This document shows positions 8,967 to 16,749 of a DNA stretch of 28,496 nt, piece by piece (position 1 is the stretch's first letter; each line of letters opens with the position of its first letter). The notes beneath the pieces are model-generated. The model did not search any database, was not told the origin of the DNA, and saw nothing but the letters and a program-made list of their open reading frames with translations. The stretch is from Candidatus Zixiibacteriota bacterium. Its GTDB lineage: Bacteria; Zixibacteria; MSB-5A5; GN15; FEB-12. The position numbers were made by a program, and so were the translations under genes. Location: contig JBGSIV010000095.1 in the NCBI GenBank assembly GCA_041742355.1, positions 1 to 28,496 of the forward strand, written 5' to 3'.

Positions 8967-9105
8967 TTGAACCTCCGGTTCAATTCGAAGTTTTCGGTTT
9001 ACCATGTCACACGGTCGCCCGGACCGGGGGCCATTGTATGCTTGACGCCCGCCAGAGGTGCTGGACGAGGTACGTTGGTTTGTACCCGCCGTGGTCATGG
9101 TAAAC
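8967..9105 (-). promoter_or_regulatory. Candidate structured 5' leader (riboswitch-like) with SD-sequestering hairpin
   Basis: A 10-bp perfect long-range stem (8997-9006/9096-9105) encloses several short hairpins. The 7-bp hairpin TTGAACC-GGA-GGTTCAA covers the GGAGG SD. Confidence 0.45.
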
Positions 9106-9175
9106 GTACTTACAGCGCAAGTAGAGTTCCTTCTCGATTTCCGTACAGCGCGCGGCACATGTTCGCATCTGCCGC

Positions 9176-9245
9176 GTAGGGGCGGGGCTTGTCTCCGCCC
9201 CCCTCATCGTCCCACGTCAAACACGCAGAGCCGTGTTTGACCTAC
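9176..9245. repeat. Inverted pair of GTAG-headed REP-like hairpins (REPIN/BIME-like)
   Basis: Plus strand: GTAG-GGGCGGGG-CTTGT-CTCCGCCC (9176-9200). Minus strand: GTAG-GTCAAACACG-GCTCTG-CGTGTTTGAC (9245-9216). Confidence 0.6.
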
Positions 9246-9252
9246 CGCTTCG

Positions 9253-10746
9253 TTATTCGTTGTCGATCTGCGCGCGCTGGAGCTTGCCGGAGAAGTCGAC
9301 ATACACCGACTTCCATTCGGTGAAGACATCGAGCGCCGCAGTGGCCGCTTCGCGGTGGCCGTTGCCGGTTTCTTTCGTGCCGCCAAACGGCAGGTGCGTC
9401 TCGGCGCCGATGGTCGGCGCGTTGACGTAGAAAATCCCGGTGTAGACGTCGCGCATCGCGGTATAGGCCTTGTTGATATCCTGGGTGTAGATCGACGCCG
9501 ACAACCCGTAGGGCGTGTCGTTGGCCATTTCGATCGCGTTGTCGAGGTTGCTGCAGACAGCGATCGAGAGCACCGGGCCGAAGACCTCTTCGCGCCAAAT
9601 ACGCATCGCCTGGGTCACCTCGCCGAAGATGGTCGGCTGGATGAACCAACCCTTATCGTACGTGCCGCCGGTGAGACGCTGGCCGCCGCACATGAGTTTC
9701 GCGCCTTCGTTCTTCGCGATGTCGGCGTATCCGAGCGACGTGTTCAATTGATCTTCGTTGATGTGCGGTCCCATCTGCGTTTTGGGATCAAGGCCGTTGC
9801 CGACCCGAATCGCTTTGGCCCGTTCGACCATCATTTCGGTGAATTTCTTCACGACGTCCTTGTGGCAGACAATACGGCTGGTGGCGGTGCAGCGTTGACC
9901 GGTGGTGCCGAATGCGCCCCACAGCGCGCCCTCGACCGCGAGGTCGAGCCGGGCGTCGTCCATGACGATCATCACGTTCTTGCCACCCATCTCGAGGCAG
10001 GTATGTTTGAACTCGGAAGCGCAGGCCTCCGAAATCTTGCGGCCGATCTCGGTCGAACCGGTGAACGAAACCACGCGCACGCGCTTATCCTTGATAAGCG
10101 GATCGCCCAGCGCGCCGCCGGAGCCGGTCACGACATTGAACACGCCGGCCGGGACGCCTTCCTCGTGGAGGATGCGGCCGAAGTTAACGACTGAGAGCGG
10201 AGTATCAGTGGCCGGCTTGATCACAACCGTGTTGCCGGCGATGAGCGCGGGCATTGATTTCCACGACGGGATCGCCATCGGGAAATTCCACGGCGTGATG
10301 AAGGTGCAAACGCCGAGCGGCTGGCGAACGGTCATATTGAACTTGTTCTTGAGCTCCGATGGCGTCGTCATTCCGAACAGTCGGCGGCCTTCGCCGGCCA
10401 TGTAGAAGGTCATGTCGATCGCTTCCTGAACGTCCCCCTTGGTCTCGTCGAGGACCTTGCCCATTTCGCGCGTCATGTCTTCGGCTAGCTTGTCTTTCTC
10501 TTTTTGCAGGCGGGTGGCGACGCGGTAGAGGATCTCGCCGCGTTTGGGGGCCGGGACGAGACGCCACGATTTGTAGGCCTCAGCAGCAGCGTCGATGGCG
10601 TCTTTCACGTCGTCGGCGTTGGACTTCTGAAAAAGGCCGACGACTTCGTCGGTGTTGGCCGGGTTAATATTCTCGTAGCACTTCCCCGATTTCGAGTTCA
10701 CCCACTCCCCATTGATCAGATTCTGGTAGACTTTCGGCTGGCTCAT
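9253..10746 (-). CDS. NAD(P)-dependent aldehyde dehydrogenase (semialdehyde dehydrogenase-like; substrate unknown)
   Basis: [25 protein letters not shown] (catalytic Glu), GQRC (catalytic Cys), EEVFGPV and PFGG. ATG 10746 follows GAGGAGG. Confidence 0.93.
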   Translation of the reverse strand: MSQPKVYQNLINGEWVNSKSGKCYENINPANTDEVVGLFQKSNADDVKDAIDAAAEAYKSWRLVPAPKRGEILYRVATRLQKEKDKLAEDMTREMGKVLDETKGDVQEAIDMTFYMAGEGRRLFGMTTPSELKNKFNMTVRQPLGVCTFITPWNFPMAIPSWKSMPALIAGNTVVIKPATDTPLSVVNFGRILHEEGVPAGVFNVVTGSGGALGDPLIKDKRVRVVSFTGSTEIGRKISEACASEFKHTCLEMGGKNVMIVMDDARLDLAVEGALWGAFGTTGQRCTATSRIVCHKDVVKKFTEMMVERAKAIRVGNGLDPKTQMGPHINEDQLNTSLGYADIAKNEGAKLMCGGQRLTGGTYDKGWFIQPTIFGEVTQAMRIWREEVFGPVLSIAVCSNLDNAIEMANDTPYGLSASIYTQDINKAYTAMRDVYTGIFYVNAPTIGAETHLPFGGTKETGNGHREAATAALDVFTEWKSVYVDFSGKLQRAQIDNE

Positions 10747-10805
10747 GTTGGCCTCCTCTAAAACTATTCGCAGCAGATACTTATCGTGACCGAACTGATC
10801 GAGAA

Positions 10806-10823
10806 TTGTGAATAAATTCACAC
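10806..10823. promoter_or_regulatory. Rex-type (or CRP/ArcR-type) palindromic operator
   Basis: TTGTGAA-TAAA-TTCACAC has one mismatch to the Rex consensus TTGTGAA-N4-TTCACAA and exactly matches TGTGA-N6-TCACA. It lies between the promoter and the ALDH start. Confidence 0.65.
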
Positions 10824-10845
10824 CCGATCATCGATATAACCCGTT

Positions 10846-10873
10846 AATATACCGGCGATTTCCCTCTTGTCAA
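10846..10873 (-). promoter_or_regulatory. Sigma70-type promoter of the ALDH-arc-suc-kor cluster
   Basis: TTGACA-16 nt-TATATT in an AT-rich intergenic region. Confidence 0.7.
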
Positions 10874-11134
10874 TCGGTTTCACGATCAAATCTGACCTAT
10901 TTCAACCATGCGCGGCAAAGGGTTAGCGCAGTATAAGCACCCCCGACCGGTTGCACACACAGCCACCTGGGCGAGTGCACTCCTTCCGGCACAAGCATGC
11001 CCGCCATGTTCCTAACCAAAGAACCATTGTCGCGAATAATTCTCCGGGATTTCTTGGACTTTTCCGGATCGAAATACGTTAATAGAGCGGACAGGTACTG
11101 ACACAGAAAGCTGTAACACAGGAATCGATTGCCT

Positions 11135-11749
11135 ATGTTGACACTGTTACTGGCCACATGGTTTGCCCTGCCGCTCTACCCCCTGAATCCGGTCGAGCAG
11201 GACACCCTGAACCAGATGAACGTGCACTTCACCATCGGCGTCAATGGCCCCAACAAGATCGCCGATCCGGGGCTCCAGTTCTCCGCCAAGTATGAATTCC
11301 TCGTCGCCCACCCGATTGTGCTACGCGGGGCGGCGGACTACGGATTTCAGGATCTGTCGTCCCGGCAATACCCCGACGGCAGGCTGCATTCGCTCATCCT
11401 TTCGACCGAAGCGCTCTACTACCGGGGTACGGATAACCTGACCGGTTTTGTGGGCCTGGGTGCGGTGTTTTATAACGGGTTCATACGGCTTGACGACGGC
11501 ATCGGAAACCACACGATCAACGATATGCAGGTGACCGACTTGTCGGTTCGGCCTCGCCTCGGCCTCCGGGCTACCTTCGGCCTGCGCTTCTCCCGGAACA
11601 TCTCGATTGAGCTGGCCATAACGGATGTGCGCCCCTCGATCGTGAGCACCGGGCGGGTCAACTCCGCATCTTATCGGGAAATCGCCGAGAGGATCAAACT
11701 CAACGAGGTGCGTTTCACCCTCGGCTACCTCTTCTCCCTGCGCTCATGA
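11135..11749 (+). CDS. Outer-membrane beta-barrel domain protein (small OMP-like)
   Basis: Hydrophobic N-terminal signal-like segment, alternating amphipathic beta-strands, and a terminal strand VRFTLGYLF. The only credible plus-strand gene; it fills the gap between ALDH and tgt. Confidence 0.7.
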   Translation: MLTLLLATWFALPLYPLNPVEQDTLNQMNVHFTIGVNGPNKIADPGLQFSAKYEFLVAHPIVLRGAADYGFQDLSSRQYPDGRLHSLILSTEALYYRGTDNLTGFVGLGAVFYNGFIRLDDGIGNHTINDMQVTDLSVRPRLGLRATFGLRFSRNISIELAITDVRPSIVSTGRVNSASYREIAERIKLNEVRFTLGYLFSLRS

Positions 11750-11765
11750 CGGAATCCCGGACGGG

Positions 11766-12884
11766 CTACGCCCCGAGATACCGTGCGAGAAACTCCCGCC
11801 GATAATCCGCGAATCGCCCTGCTTCAATCGCCCGACGTATCCCCTGCATCAATCGTTGGTAGAAATACACGCTGTGGTAGGTCGCCAACACCATCCCGGT
11901 AATCTCCGATTGGTTGTACAGGTGGCGGAGATAGGCACGGCTGTAGCGGCGACAGACGGAACAGTCGCAGTTGGGATCGAGCGGCCGATCGTCGTTGGCC
12001 CACTCGGCGTTGCGGTAGGTCAACTGGCCAACCGACGTGAAGACGCTCCCGGTGCGGGCGTTGCGGGTCGGCAGGACGCAGTCGAACATATCGATCCCGT
12101 ACGACACCGCCATAAGAATGTCTTCCGGGTAACCGACGCCCATGAGGTAGCGCGGGCGGTCCGGCGGCAAATACTGAATCGTGTGAGCGAGCATATCCTC
12201 CATCTCGCCTTTGCTCTCCCCTACCGACAATCCGCCAATCGCGTATCCGGGCAGGTCGAGCGCGAGGATCTGTTCGGCCGATAAAGTGCGGAGGTCGGTG
12301 TACGTCCCTCCCTGAACAATTCCGAAGAGCTGCGAGCAGGTTTCGGGTCGCTCCCGGCGAATGCGATCATGTTCTCCACGGCAGCGCCTGGCCCAGTCAG
12401 CCGTGCGGCGGACACCCTCGGCTGCGGCCTTGTGTTCGGCCGGATAAGGCACACACTGATCGAACGCCATAATAATGTCGGCGCCGATATCATGCTGAAT
12501 CTGAGTGGCTCGCTCAGGGGTGAAGAAGTGTTTGGAACCGTCGTGGTGCGAGCGGAATTCGACGCCTTCGTCGGAGATGCGAAGTGAGTCCTTGAGCGAG
12601 AATATTTGGTACCCGCCGCTGTCAGTGAGGGTGGGACGGTTCCAACCGGAGAAGCGCGCCAGCCCGCCCCGCGCACGGATGATCTCTTGTCCCGGGCGGA
12701 GAAACAGGTGGTAGGTGTTGGAAAGAACGATCTCCGTTCCGGTCTCTTCGATGTGCTCGGCGGTCAGCCCTTTGACCGAACCCGCCGTCCCCACCGGCAT
12801 GAATGCCGGCGTCTGAAAGGTCCCGTGGGCGGTGGTCACCTCGCCCCGACGGGCCGAGCCGTCGGCGCTTCGCAGTTCAATCAC
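11766..12884 (-). CDS. tgt: Queuine tRNA-ribosyltransferase (tRNA-guanine transglycosylase)
   Basis: TPAFMPVGT, NTYHL, TDSGGYQ, GIVQGG, GGLSVGE, RYLMGVG, DMFDCVLPTR and Zn site CDCSVC...H. Confidence 0.97.
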   Translation of the reverse strand: MIELRSADGSARRGEVTTAHGTFQTPAFMPVGTAGSVKGLTAEHIEETGTEIVLSNTYHLFLRPGQEIIRARGGLARFSGWNRPTLTDSGGYQIFSLKDSLRISDEGVEFRSHHDGSKHFFTPERATQIQHDIGADIIMAFDQCVPYPAEHKAAAEGVRRTADWARRCRGEHDRIRRERPETCSQLFGIVQGGTYTDLRTLSAEQILALDLPGYAIGGLSVGESKGEMEDMLAHTIQYLPPDRPRYLMGVGYPEDILMAVSYGIDMFDCVLPTRNARTGSVFTSVGQLTYRNAEWANDDRPLDPNCDCSVCRRYSRAYLRHLYNQSEITGMVLATYHSVYFYQRLMQGIRRAIEAGRFADYRREFLARYLGA

Positions 12885-12932
12885 AGACGTACTCCGCGTT
12901 CGATTCCAGTGAGAGCCGGCGACCGAGCAAAC

Positions 12933-13820
12933 TCATCCGGCGTTGGCTCTCGGCAGCAGACAGGGTTGGTTCAAGTGCCTGGTCAGATCGGTAATGGTGA
13001 TCGCTCGTCCGTTCAGGCAGGTTCCCTCGTACCGGTTGAAGAGATCCCGATAGGTGCTGTCGGCCGACACGAGGTAATCGCAGCCGTCGAGGTACACCGC
13101 CTCCTGGCGGGCGAAGTAGTGCCCCGGCTGGGGTTCCACTTCATCGAAGCAGTACCAGGCGGCGTAGGACCGTTCCAATTCAAGGTAGCACAAAAGGCCG
13201 CTCGCCGCCCGGAGGATATCTTCGTCACTCGCGGCGGCGAAGTAACCGGACAGCTCGAACTGCGAAAGTATTTCCTCACGGTTCTTGTGCAGCAGGTTCG
13301 GCACGCTCATCGCGCGCTCGAACGACTGCCGGGCGTCGGCATGAAACCGGATCCGGTCGCGGCGATAACAGATCTCGTCGAGCAACGCTTCGGTGTACTG
13401 CGCCAGCGATTCAGCCATTCCCTGCTGCATAGCCCCGAACCGCGTGACGAAATCGTCCCAGCTTTCGACACTGATGAAGTCGCGGATCAGCGTGCCGAGG
13501 ATCGCGATATCGCGGGCGGTTTTCTCATCGGAGGTCATCCCATCGAGCCAGAGATGCAGGTGCACGGCCGGCGGCGGAAGGTAGGCGCCGCGGTCGGGAC
13601 CGCACAGGCGCTCGGCCACCGCGAGCAATTCCTGGTGCACGCTGCCGTTGTGCGGCCCGGTGCGCAGGAGCAGTTCACTAAAGGACGTGAAGGAATAGCA
13701 AAGTACGACGCGGCGCTCACGCGCCGGCTTACTGGCTTCATCTTCAAAACGGTAGAGGTCACTTGACCCGGCCAGTTCCCTCAGGGCACTGTTGTCCAGG
13801 CTCACCCATAGTTGTCTCAT
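12933..13820 (-). CDS. Hypothetical protein, possibly a degenerate PIN-like fold
   Basis: 295-aa ORF starting 2 nt after the radA stop. N-terminal WVSLDNSAL and C-terminal AVYLDGCDYLVSAD resemble the first and last PIN-domain strands. Confidence 0.6.
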   Translation of the reverse strand: MRQLWVSLDNSALRELAGSSDLYRFEDEASKPARERRVVLCYSFTSFSELLLRTGPHNGSVHQELLAVAERLCGPDRGAYLPPPAVHLHLWLDGMTSDEKTARDIAILGTLIRDFISVESWDDFVTRFGAMQQGMAESLAQYTEALLDEICYRRDRIRFHADARQSFERAMSVPNLLHKNREEILSQFELSGYFAAASDEDILRAASGLLCYLELERSYAAWYCFDEVEPQPGHYFARQEAVYLDGCDYLVSADSTYRDLFNRYEGTCLNGRAITITDLTRHLNQPCLLPRANAG

Positions 13821-13822
13821 CG

Positions 13823-15193
13823 TTACCCCAGTAGAAGTTCTACCGCCTCCTGCAGCGAGGCCGCAGAGGCGATCTTAAGCCCACTCCCCTTCGCCTGCTT
13901 GGTATTGATCTCCGGAATCACCGCCGCGGTGAATCCCATCTTCTTCGCTTCCGCCAGACGGCGGTCGATCATGGTCACGCCGCGTACCTCCCCCGACAGT
14001 CCGACCTCGCCCACCACCAAAGTCAGCGGATTTACCGCACGGTTCATAAGCGACGAGGCGATCGCGATGAGCATCGGCAGATCCAGCGCCGGTTCAGAGA
14101 GCCGCAGTCCCCCCGCTATCGACACGAATACGTCGTTCGTACCCATAGGGTATCCCCCCTTGCGGTCGAGGATCGCAATGAGGAGGGCGAGGCGCTTGTT
14201 GTCGATACCGCCGGCCACCCGTTGCGGGTTGCCGTAGTTCGCGGCCGTCACCAGCGCCTGAATCTCGACAAGGATCGGGCGTTCCCCTTCGCAGATACCG
14301 GCCACGACAGATCCGGTCCGTTCATCGTCCGCACGGTTCGAGAGAAATAGCGACGAGGGATTGGTCACTTCGACAAGCCCACGCCCCTGCATCTCGAACA
14401 GCCCGATCTCGGAGACCGAACCGAAGCGGTTCTTGGTGGCGCGAAGCATGCGGTAAAGGTGCGTGCTGTCCCCTTCGAAGTATATGACAGTGTCGACCAT
14501 GTGTTCGAGCACTTTCGGGCCGGCCACCATTCCCTCTCTGGTGACATGGCCGACCATGAAGAGCGAGAAGTCCTTCTGGCGGGCAAGCGTAATCAGCCGG
14601 TAGGCCGACTCGCGCACCTGGGCAACGGTGCCGGGCGGCGAGTCGAACGAGTCGGAGGACATGGTCTGGATCGAGTCGATCAGGACGACATGGAAATCCC
14701 CGGTGCCGACCAGGTCGCACGTCTCTTCGACCGAATTTGCGTTGATTGCGACAATGTTTTCGCCGACCACGCCGAGGCGTTCCGCCCGCAGGCGGATCTG
14801 CGTCAACGATTCCTCGCCGGTGACATAGGCCACATGGAGGCCGCGCTGCGAATAGGCTTCCGCCACCTGCAGGAGCAAAGTCGACTTGCCGATCCCCGGT
14901 TCGCCGCCAATGAGCACGGTCATCCCCGGCAGAAGGCGCCCGCCAAGCACGCGATCGAACTCGCCGATACCGCTGTGGTAGCCGGCCGACGTCTCCAGCG
15001 AAATATCTGGCAGCCGCCGCGACTCCGCACCGGAGCCAAGCGGTTTCGGCCTTCCGGAGGCCGACTTCTGCGTCCGCTCTTCGACCAGCGTATTCCAGCC
15101 GCCGCACTCCTTGCACTGCCCCTGCCAGCGCGGATGTTCCGCACCACACTGCGAACAGAAAAACGCCGTCTTTGTCTTCTTGCCTGTAATCAT
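13823..15193 (-). CDS. radA: DNA repair protein RadA/Sms
   Basis: Zn finger CSQCG...WQGQCKECGGWN, Walker A GEPGIGKST, IDSIQT, KNRFG and a Lon-like C-terminal domain. Confidence 0.97.
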   Translation of the reverse strand: MITGKKTKTAFFCSQCGAEHPRWQGQCKECGGWNTLVEERTQKSASGRPKPLGSGAESRRLPDISLETSAGYHSGIGEFDRVLGGRLLPGMTVLIGGEPGIGKSTLLLQVAEAYSQRGLHVAYVTGEESLTQIRLRAERLGVVGENIVAINANSVEETCDLVGTGDFHVVLIDSIQTMSSDSFDSPPGTVAQVRESAYRLITLARQKDFSLFMVGHVTREGMVAGPKVLEHMVDTVIYFEGDSTHLYRMLRATKNRFGSVSEIGLFEMQGRGLVEVTNPSSLFLSNRADDERTGSVVAGICEGERPILVEIQALVTAANYGNPQRVAGGIDNKRLALLIAILDRKGGYPMGTNDVFVSIAGGLRLSEPALDLPMLIAIASSLMNRAVNPLTLVVGEVGLSGEVRGVTMIDRRLAEAKKMGFTAAVIPEINTKQAKGSGLKIASAASLQEAVELLLG

Positions 15194-15196
15194 ATC

Positions 15197-15955
15197 TCAC
15201 ATCCGGATCGGGCCGATCGCGCTGCCGGTGATGAACTGCTGCAACACCGGATCCTTCGACTCCTGCAACTCCTTCGGTGTGCCATCGAACCAGATTTTCG
15301 TCTGGTACAGCATTATTACTCGCCGGGCGATCTTGAAGGCCGACTTCATGTCGTGCGTCACGACGATCGAAGTCACCGAGAGCTTCGTGTTCAACTCGAC
15401 AATCAGGTCGTCGATGACATCCGCTGTCACCGGATCGAGTCCGGTGGTCGGCTCGTCGTACAGAAGCACATCGGGATCATTGGCAATCGCCCGGGCCAAA
15501 CCGACTCGTTTGCGCATCCCTCCCGAAAGTTCGGAAGGGTACTTGCTTCCGGCTTCCTCCAGTCCGACCATGCGAAGTTTTTCCGCCACAATCCGTTCAA
15601 TTTCCTGCTTCTTATACCGCCGAGACTCGCGCAAGCCGAGGCCGACGTTATCACGTACTGACATCGAGTCAAACAGCGCCGCCGACTGAAAGAGCATGCC
15701 AATCTTGCGGCGTACTTCCACCAGTTCATGGTCAGGAGTTTCCGCCAGGTCCTGGCCGCCGTAGAGCACCCGGCCCGAGTCGGGCGACATCAGTCGGATG
15801 ATGTGTTTCAGCATCACCGACTTCCCCGATCCCGAGCGACCAATAATAGCCACCGATTCCCCCCGGCTGACCTTGAAGCTGACGCCGTCGAGCACCGGCT
15901 GGGCGCCGAACGCCTTGCGGACGTCGACGAATTCTACGCACACATTATTTTCCAT
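15197..15955 (-). CDS. mlaF: MlaF/Mkl-family ABC transporter ATP-binding protein
   Basis: GRSGSGKS, LFQSAALFDSM, LSGGMRKRVGLARA, YDEPTTGLDP and VVTHD. Start at ATG 15955, just after the mlaE stop. Confidence 0.9.
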   Translation of the reverse strand: MENNVCVEFVDVRKAFGAQPVLDGVSFKVSRGESVAIIGRSGSGKSVMLKHIIRLMSPDSGRVLYGGQDLAETPDHELVEVRRKIGMLFQSAALFDSMSVRDNVGLGLRESRRYKKQEIERIVAEKLRMVGLEEAGSKYPSELSGGMRKRVGLARAIANDPDVLLYDEPTTGLDPVTADVIDDLIVELNTKLSVTSIVVTHDMKSAFKIARRVIMLYQTKIWFDGTPKELQESKDPVLQQFITGSAIGPIRM

Positions 15956-15957
15956 TG

Positions 15958-16740
15958 CTAGAACCGGAACAACAGGAGAGCGAAAATAAAGTTGAACACC
16001 AGTATGAGCACCGACGACACCACCACCGATGTGGTCGTCGCCTGCCCCACGCCATGCGCACCACCCGAGGTATTGAATCCTTCGTAGCACCCTACCAGGC
16101 CGATGACGAAGCCGAACACGGCGGCCTTAATCTCTCCATTGATGAAATCCTGGAGGCGGAAGGAGCTTCTGAACCCGTTCAGAAACGTTTCGACCGAGAC
16201 ATTCACTCCCAGCACGGCCACCGCCATCGCTCCCATGATGGCGATGAAATTTGCGAACACAACGAGGAAGGGAACCATGGTTACGCAGGCCAGAATGCGC
16301 GGCTGAACCAGGTATCGGATCGGGCTAATCCCCATCGACTCCAGCGCATCGATCTGCTCGGTCACCCGCATAGTGCCCAACTCGGCGGAAATCCCGGCCC
16401 CCACCCGCCCGGCGAAGACGATAGCCGAGAGCACGGGCGCCAGTTCTATCACCACCGCCTTTCCGACCGCTTGCCCCAAAAAGCGCAGGGGCGCACCGAT
16501 AAATGAAAACTGGTAGGCGCCCTGCCAAGCCGAGACCGCGCCGACGAAGACCGAGATGATTGCGATAAGCGGCAGCGAACGCACGCCGAGGTAGTACACC
16601 TGTTGGATATACAGACGGATCGAGTAAGGGAAGTCCTTGAGTGAGAGCAGGAACTGGCCGAGCATGATCGAGGCCCGCCCGACTTCCTGAATGACGTTCA
16701 CGCCCCGCCGCCCGAGCGGCGTTACCCCGACGACTTCCAT
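15958..16740 (-). CDS. mlaE: MlaE-family lipid-asymmetry ABC transporter permease
   Basis: ELAPVL, AGRVGAGISAELGTMRVTEQIDALESMG, YLVQPR and GAHGVGQATT, with multiple TM helices. Confidence 0.92.
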   Translation of the reverse strand: MEVVGVTPLGRRGVNVIQEVGRASIMLGQFLLSLKDFPYSIRLYIQQVYYLGVRSLPLIAIISVFVGAVSAWQGAYQFSFIGAPLRFLGQAVGKAVVIELAPVLSAIVFAGRVGAGISAELGTMRVTEQIDALESMGISPIRYLVQPRILACVTMVPFLVVFANFIAIMGAMAVAVLGVNVSVETFLNGFRSSFRLQDFINGEIKAAVFGFVIGLVGCYEGFNTSGGAHGVGQATTTSVVVSSVLILVFNFIFALLLFRF

Positions 16741-16749
16741 GGCATCCCC

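Noticed and set aside
9007..9207. 66-aa minus-strand ORF as a leader peptide
   Set aside because: It starts inside the REP doublet, has no convincing SD and no Arg-codon run. The region is better explained by RNA structure.
10806..10823. Palindrome read as an ArgR ARG box
   Set aside because: Half-site spacing is TGAAT-N2-ATTCA rather than N4, and there is no tandem second box. It fits Rex/CRP better.
1504..15661. Long plus-strand ORFs (e.g. 1504-2586, 2830-3771, 7511-9103, 12606-13766, 14459-15661)
   Set aside because: They are antisense shadows of well-conserved minus-strand genes in GC-rich DNA and show no recognisable motifs.
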